DNA of 63,248 nt, filler included, from Collodictyon triciliatum (Eukaryota): the NCBI GenBank assembly GCA_043381765.1. It is 7 parts of 7 records of this genome, joined end to end, with 100 filler letters (N's around TTAATTAATTAA, not from the genome) between each part and the next. Parts side by side here need not be neighbours in the genome. Positions count along the whole stretch, not along the records: positions 56,789 to 63,248 come from JBHJMP010002984.1; 6 more parts are not named here. The stretch is one strand, 5' to 3'. The notes beneath the pieces are model-generated. The model searched no databases, was not told the DNA's origin, and was given only the letters and a program-made list of their open reading frames with translations. Each line of letters opens with the position of its first letter. Positions within the stretch are counted from its first letter, which is position 1. Below, piece after piece: positions 56,897-63,248 of this stretch. The translations under genes were made by a program, and so were the position numbers.

Positions 56897-59800
56897 ATAC
56901 CGACTCATTCACTCTCGAAAATTTCGAACATTGCGGTGGAGAACAACGGTTGGAGTATTCTTTAAAGCCCTGTATCTGTACTGTCACTACCAGCGATTGG
57001 TAAGAAGAAGAAGAGTCTTGTTAATGGGAAGGTTTGTCGACCGATTGGCAATTGTGAATGTACATTTGATATGATTTTTCTGACATAAAATGTTATATAT
57101 ATATGATAAGGGTAAATGCCCCAGCTCTTCCAATCCTACCAGCTCCATCTAACTTAAAATGGATCTGCAAGAGTATTATAACTATTTATTTTTATTAATT
57201 CAGATTTTTGTGTCCATGTGTAATTACTATGATTCTCTTCAACATCCGGTTTAACCATAAATATTTAATTATTAATCTATACTTGAATGGTAATCAAATC
57301 CCATAGCAATGATTGTTAAATCTTTTTAACAATTATTTACGATGTCCCTTCCTTCTTTTTTTCCTCCCTTCTATATATAAAGGGTTTGCGCTCAAGGATA
57401 TTATACACCGCCGAATATTTCAGTTTCGATGTCGCAAAGTCATCCCGAAAGTTTTCCAATGTTGGCGCCAATATGCCTTTGGCAACCGTAAAAGCAGATA
57501 TGCTTTCAGATATTGGAGGTACACGTTTTTTTTTTTCTGGAAAAAAATATCCTAATGGAACACTGAATTCTGTAAATGCGCAACGTAATTTTAAATTGGT
57601 TTTTTTTTATTTTAGGTGGCGGTTGATGAGATGGTCATTTCGAGAATGGAGAAATGCTGTACGGTTTACAAAGTCTTCCATTCGGCGCCAATCGATCAAA
57701 CAGGAGCAGGAGAGGATGACAAGGTAAAACAGGATTAATTTTACAAAAATACAGCGATGATTTTTCATCTTCACATTGTCCTGTACCCTGATAGTGTGAT
57801 TTATATAACACAAACTTCGTACTAGAATGCGATACTTATATTTTGATTTAAATCAACTCATCTAGAATGGACTTTTTCAGTAAATATATCCAAACTTTAC
57901 GCGAAATCGACCCTTCATTTATCGAAGGTAGGTTGTAAATAAAGCATAATTTTTATAGCCGATTGGCCTTTTTTTTCCTTCCGTTTTTCGATTTTTTATC
58001 CTTACTGACACATTAGAGATATGCACTAAATGCAAGTGTATATACTGCACGAGTTTTTATATTTTCTACGTTTATTTCCAGGGGTTCTGCTTTTATTTCA
58101 TTTGTCTTATATATAATCGCTATTTCATACAAAAAATGATTAAATTATAGAGGACGACAAGGTTTTAGAAAGAAAAATAGAAGATTTGAAAAGACGTCAA
58201 AACCTTGAAACTCTTCGACACAAGCAAATTGAGACTATTTCGGTAAAAATACAATAATTCATAGATAAGCGAATTATTTGCATCATATTCACCTTTTCAT
58301 CATAGAGAGCACGAGACAACACTTTGGATACATTTTTGCGGGAACAAACAGTCAAATTGACGATCAATTACAAAAAGGATGCCGAAAAAAGTGCCAATCA
58401 TGTATTCTTCTGTCATTTGCTATTACTATACCGACTGTTACTGTTACTGTTACTATGATAATTATTATAACAGCACCGCTATCAAATGTGCTCTTTCAAT
58501 CATTATTTGTTATAATTTTCATGCCTTTCTTACATTTATTAATCCTCTAAGGTAAATAAACTGCGACGAAGAGTTGCACTTCTATTTCTTATGAAATTAG
58601 ATATCTTTGTGGATAAATACAGATTATTGCAGGTTGACCAGTCTTCAAAAACAAAAAACAAAAAACAAAGAACAAAGAAACAAACAAAGAAACAAGAAAA
58701 ACAAATTTAATCTTATCATACAGACATACAGAAAAAATAGTACACCATATGGGAGCGTGATTAATCAATTTTCTTCAAATAAAACATATAAAAATAGGCT
58801 AGTAAGATCGTTCGTAGGTGCTTCAACTCTCTTGCAGAGTAAAACACTGACAATATAATACAATGTTATGAATAGGCTACTTAGCATTCTATTACTTTGC
58901 TGAGTTTCCTTTTTTTCAAAAAATTTTTAAGACCGATATTAAAGAAACGTGCCATCTCATTTGCAAATGTGCAATTGGTTAAAAGGATGATTCACTTCTG
59001 CACAAGGCAAACATATCTTCTAAGTTTCTCATTCTTCCATGTGCATAGGATTTTCTTTAATACTTGACACACACCACGTAACGGTGCTGTAATTGAAAAT
59101 ATTTCAATCCAAAAGGGTACGAAAATTACGAGTTCGCTCTCTCCGACGCGAAAATCTGAGGTCCTTATGGGCATATTTCTCTGCGTGGAGGTTTGTTGCA
59201 AAGGAATTCCGCATATGCAGATCACCTGGCGAGTTTGAGAATGTTCGTCGTAGGAAAGTAAATATTTTGGTTCTATTATATAGAAGCAACGAGATAATAT
59301 GCGTAAAAATGTCTACAAAAAGCAGTTCTAAAAAACATACACATATGCTCCCTCGTAGAATAGGGTGTCTTTTCTTGGTTTTTTTTTTATTATCTCATTA
59401 TTAAGCTTCATTAATACTTCCGTTCAAAGTGAATAATTTCATACCTGAATCAAATGCTTCGGGATTTAGTATTTAATGGTCATGTATGCTCGGCGTGCCG
59501 CACTGGGCCACAATCCAAACGACTTTCGTTCATGCTTTTATCGACTGTTAGAATATTCTCAATACAAGAAAACGATGTTAGAAATTTATTTTTTATTCTT
59601 AATAATATTTTTTTATTTGTATAAACATGTATGCAATGATTGATTACAACATCCTCCTTTCACGTCTCAAAATTTAATACCCAGGAACTATCCATTGCAA
59701 TGCCGAAATTTATCTATGCTCTGGTATTACATTATGGCCAAATTAATATGATATATATATATATACTCATAGGAGAATCATGAGGCAGTTGCTACTATCC

Positions 59801-59995
59801 CGTAGGATATGGAGAAAATTTCACGAAGCGTTTGTATCCTGGAGACATAAGGTTTTTTCATGAAAGTCCTTTTTATCTTTACTAATAATACTACTAATAA
59901 TCATACTAATAATAACGATAACGATAATGATGATGATAATAATAATGATAATAATAATGATAATAATAATGATAATAATAATGATAATAATAATG

Positions 59996-60091
<96 letters not shown>

Positions 60092-61511
60092 TATCAAGAT
60101 TTCAGGCTTTTCTTTGAACTTTTTTATTTCGGATTTTGCATGACTAACTAATATATCTAATAGAATTAAGTAACTAACAATCCATTTATGTACAAGACTC
60201 ACATGATTCCAAATCCGAGGCCAGAGGAAAATAGAATATCCGCTGATTTATGGCTTTGGACTGATTACTTCGGGAAACGGGAAATGTTCAAAGACCAGAT
60301 GTCCAGACTAACAAACGACCGTAAAGTAGAGGTATATAATAAGATAATTAGGCCTATCGAAAGTATTATCGATTATTATTATTTTATAACAGGATAAGTT
60401 TTTTAATCATAAATACGATCTTAATGATTCCAAGGACACAAATGATATACTTTTAGATTTTTATTTCATACTTTCTGAATAATAGAGCACGATTAATACC
60501 GCTTTTAAATTTTATTAGATAATATATACTATATACCACACTTGTGCCATTATGTCTTTTTTTTCATTTTTTTTCAATACTGGAACGAAGTCAACCAACA
60601 AATAAAAGAATTTTCCTTAAAAAAAGAAGAGCCGAAAATAAAAGAAAATAAAGTAAAATTCATACAAAAATATAATTTTGGTAATCTGTTGCAGATCGCC
60701 GGTGCCATGCTTTGTTTACCCAAGTATCGCTATAGTAAAATCATGGAAGAATTCGAATCCCAGGTTGAAGTGAGAGAACGATATGAGCAAGCACTCCTAA
60801 TTTTGTACTTTGAAGTAAGATATATCTTGTGAATTAATATTTAAGAAATAGTATCGATTCCTCCTATTTGATCTGTACGTAAACATATTATATTCAAAAG
60901 GAACATTCCAATCTCCTTGAATCAAGTAAAAACGTTGAATTAGCGCGTTTAAGAAGTGCTGAAATCAAGGTCATCATGGAAAATGCAAGGGTAAAAGTTA
61001 TCAGTCTATTCTGCTGGGATTGCGGCATCTATAGCAATAAATAATTACAAATCTTGACTCATCTGCAACTATAGGCTTTTGGTTATCATTTGATAACAAA
61101 TAAATCTGTGGAGCGTCTTTATCGTGTCTTTTCAAATGAATTTATAGCATCCGGGGTATATCTTGAGTACATACATACATACATACATACATACATACAT
61201 ACATACATACATACATACATACATACATACATACATACATACATACATACATACATACATACATACATACATACATAGCATCACATAGCCTATAAAAGAA
61301 TTTTATCCGTACTTTAGATTGCAAAGTGGCTCTTTGAGGCAAGAATACACCATTTAATTCGTGTGAATGAAGCTCTTGAGCTAGGTATTTATAGCCAAAA
61401 TGTGATGGTATTTTGTTTTCAACATTCATTTTTGAAGACTATATATGAAAGTTCGCTTTATTCTCCCCTTTTTTTTCATACCTTATGTGTGACGTATTGT
61501 TGTGAGAGCAC

Positions 61512-61574
<63 letters not shown>

Positions 61575-61948
61575 CTGCATCTCCATCTGTCGCATCAAAT
61601 GCTCTGACCCATATCGCGAGGCGCATCCGAGCCCACTCATCTTTCTGTATAGGTGTCGAACCTGAGCTCCCGTCCGCCCCGACTTTCTGGCGGCACATCC
61701 GCTTCCTAATCTCCCTGGTCACAAACGCAGAATACCCAAACAACCTCGGGAAAATCACCGTGCAGACTTTCCGACGAAACGTAAACACAGCCGGAAACAA
61801 AAACCGTCTTGGCTCGGCACAATTGCAGGTGGCGTTCGAGAATCTGAAAGGACGGAGTTTGTTCCGGTCCAGCGTTTTTGCCTCTTCAATCTGGAAGATG
61901 CACAGCAGCTCAAATGCAAACTCTGTTGCGGGCGCCTCTTCCAATTGA
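56897..61948 (+). CDS. Basic, Trp-periodic multi-exon protein with Sfi1-like (centrin-binding-type) repeats, 5' end in gap
   Basis: Segments VIPKVFQCWRQY, RYAFRYWR|WRLMRWSFREWRNAV, LRSLWAYFSAWRFVAK and FHEAFVSWR fit an F-x-x-W-R repeat. The terminal exon reads GVEPELPSAPTFWRHIRF...*. The exon chain is only partly resolved. Confidence 0.55.
59907..60090. repeat. (AAT/GAT)n microsatellite (other intronic SSRs: (TTA)n 48815-48919 and 53293-53386, (GT)n 52693-52766, (TACA)n 61168-61277, (TTGA)n 61513-61573, (CT)n 63090-63176)
   Basis: Directly visible. Confidence 0.9.
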
Positions 61949-62403
61949 GTCCCAACACTACACAAAGCATAAATATCTCATAAAAAAAAAAAAGAAAGAA
62001 TGATTAAAATAAGGAAAATGGCGGTAGGTAATAGATTACAATGAAATGTGTGGATACCTATCTTTGACTTGTCTTGATGCAAAGAGGTATTGAAGTTGTG
62101 CGCACACCCGTATTTTTTTTTTTATGTCAGTGTCCTTTACCTTGTCGCCAAATGTAGGTAATGTCTTATTCTTTTAGAAGAATTAGAAAAAAAAAGAAAA
62201 AAAGGAAACAGATAGACTTCCTAACATCCGTTATCTAGTCTATGTTGTGCTTGCATTTCCTATTTTCGTTTCATAGAACCTTCAATTACTGGTCCTTTAT
62301 TTTAATTATTTTCTTTTGTTTTGGTAGGAAATTAAATCATTGACACGATTTATTAAGCTTGTGTAGGTCAGAAGTGGTTTTCTCTATTGGATATATCTAT
62401 CCT

Positions 62404-63084
62404 CTATTTGTCGTTTGATTCACTTGGCAAATATATTGCTATAAGCATGTCCGACACAACAGAATCATCCACCTCTTCATCCTTTGCAGTCTCTAGTGCG
62501 TTGGCCAAGAGTATTGCCAGTAGATGTTTACACTACAAAAGAAAAAAAAGCGCCTAATTTGTTTTAAGCCATTACCATTCATTTTTCGGAATGAAAAGTA
62601 TATATGAAAAAAATAGCAACTTATTAGAGCAAAAGGCTTTACCATCGCCCCTTTCTCTTTCGTAATCAAGCGGTAAAAATTTTCACAAGGGCAGTACTTT
62701 TCTAAGCACGTGTATGACTTTGAATGTGACCCGACAACCTAAAATTGATAATTTAGATGATGAATGGATCATATATATAATAGAGATTGAATTAAATATT
62801 CTCACAAAGGAGTTGTTTGGAAAAGCGAATGCTGAGGGAAAATGAATCGATTGTTGCTGCTTCATTCAAACCATATGTATTATCATTCTGCTCTGCCGAC
62901 TTGTGATTCTCGTGACACCCCCTCCAAGGGCAAGGTCATTTGCCGGTGGAAACTCTTTCGGAAATAGAGCTTTTAGACTGATTGCGCCATCCCAGTGTAA
63001 GAGTCACCGAATCAATAAATGTGTGGAATGTAAAGTTGCGTATAAGTAACACTGAATTGACAGTATGAACCATGAAAATATGTG

Positions 63085-63179
<95 letters not shown>

Positions 63180-63245
63180 GGAGGTAATTATATATGTTAA
63201 TTGTGAGATGTAAATAAACTTGCCTCCTGAGAACATCATTGTTTA
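62404..63245 (-). CDS. ZSWIM7: SWIM zinc-finger protein ZSWIM7/SWS1, 3' part
   Basis: NNDVLRS|LKALFPKEFPPANDLALGGGVTRITSRQSRMIIHM|VVGSHSKSYTCLEKYCPCENFYRLITKEKGAM|CKHLLAILLANAL...* has the CxC...CxH SWIM motif. Confidence 0.85.
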
Positions 63246-63248
63246 CTG

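Overview
This is intron-rich, microsatellite-rich eukaryotic nuclear DNA, most likely from a protist, in a gapped draft assembly. Seven pieces of up to about 10 kb are joined by artificial N-TTAATTAATTAA-N spacers. I spliced exons by hand and recovered about 18 genes: arginyl-tRNA synthetase (partial), a hypothetical protein with a possible RA/ubiquitin-like fold, EIF3E, a Pro/Gln/Tyr-rich zinc-ribbon protein ending in a CaaX box, a transmembrane class III nucleotidyl cyclase-like protein (partial), an 85-aa LRRC34 C-terminus-only gene, BET1, UTP14 (partial), an ankyrin + 2xPB1 protein, a STAT/CudA-like DNA-binding + IPT/TIG protein, TEX261, an LRR-TRP/polycystin-SPRY-SPRY channel, a Pho80-like cyclin, a hypothetical protein, a mitochondrial-type PPR protein, CcmH (System I cytochrome c maturation), TRAPPC11, an Sfi1-repeat-like protein (partial) and ZSWIM7 (partial). 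Four observations stand out. (1) The channel combines a polycystin TOP domain with a TRPC/TRPM-type pre-S1 segment and TRP box, N-terminal LRRs and two SPRY domains. (2) An unannotated polyA-tailed retroelement family has five copies; three are only about 20-25 nt long but retain target-site duplications. (3) CcmH is nuclear-encoded. (4) The LRRC34-like gene is miniature. All family assignments come from motif recognition by eye; no searches were run.
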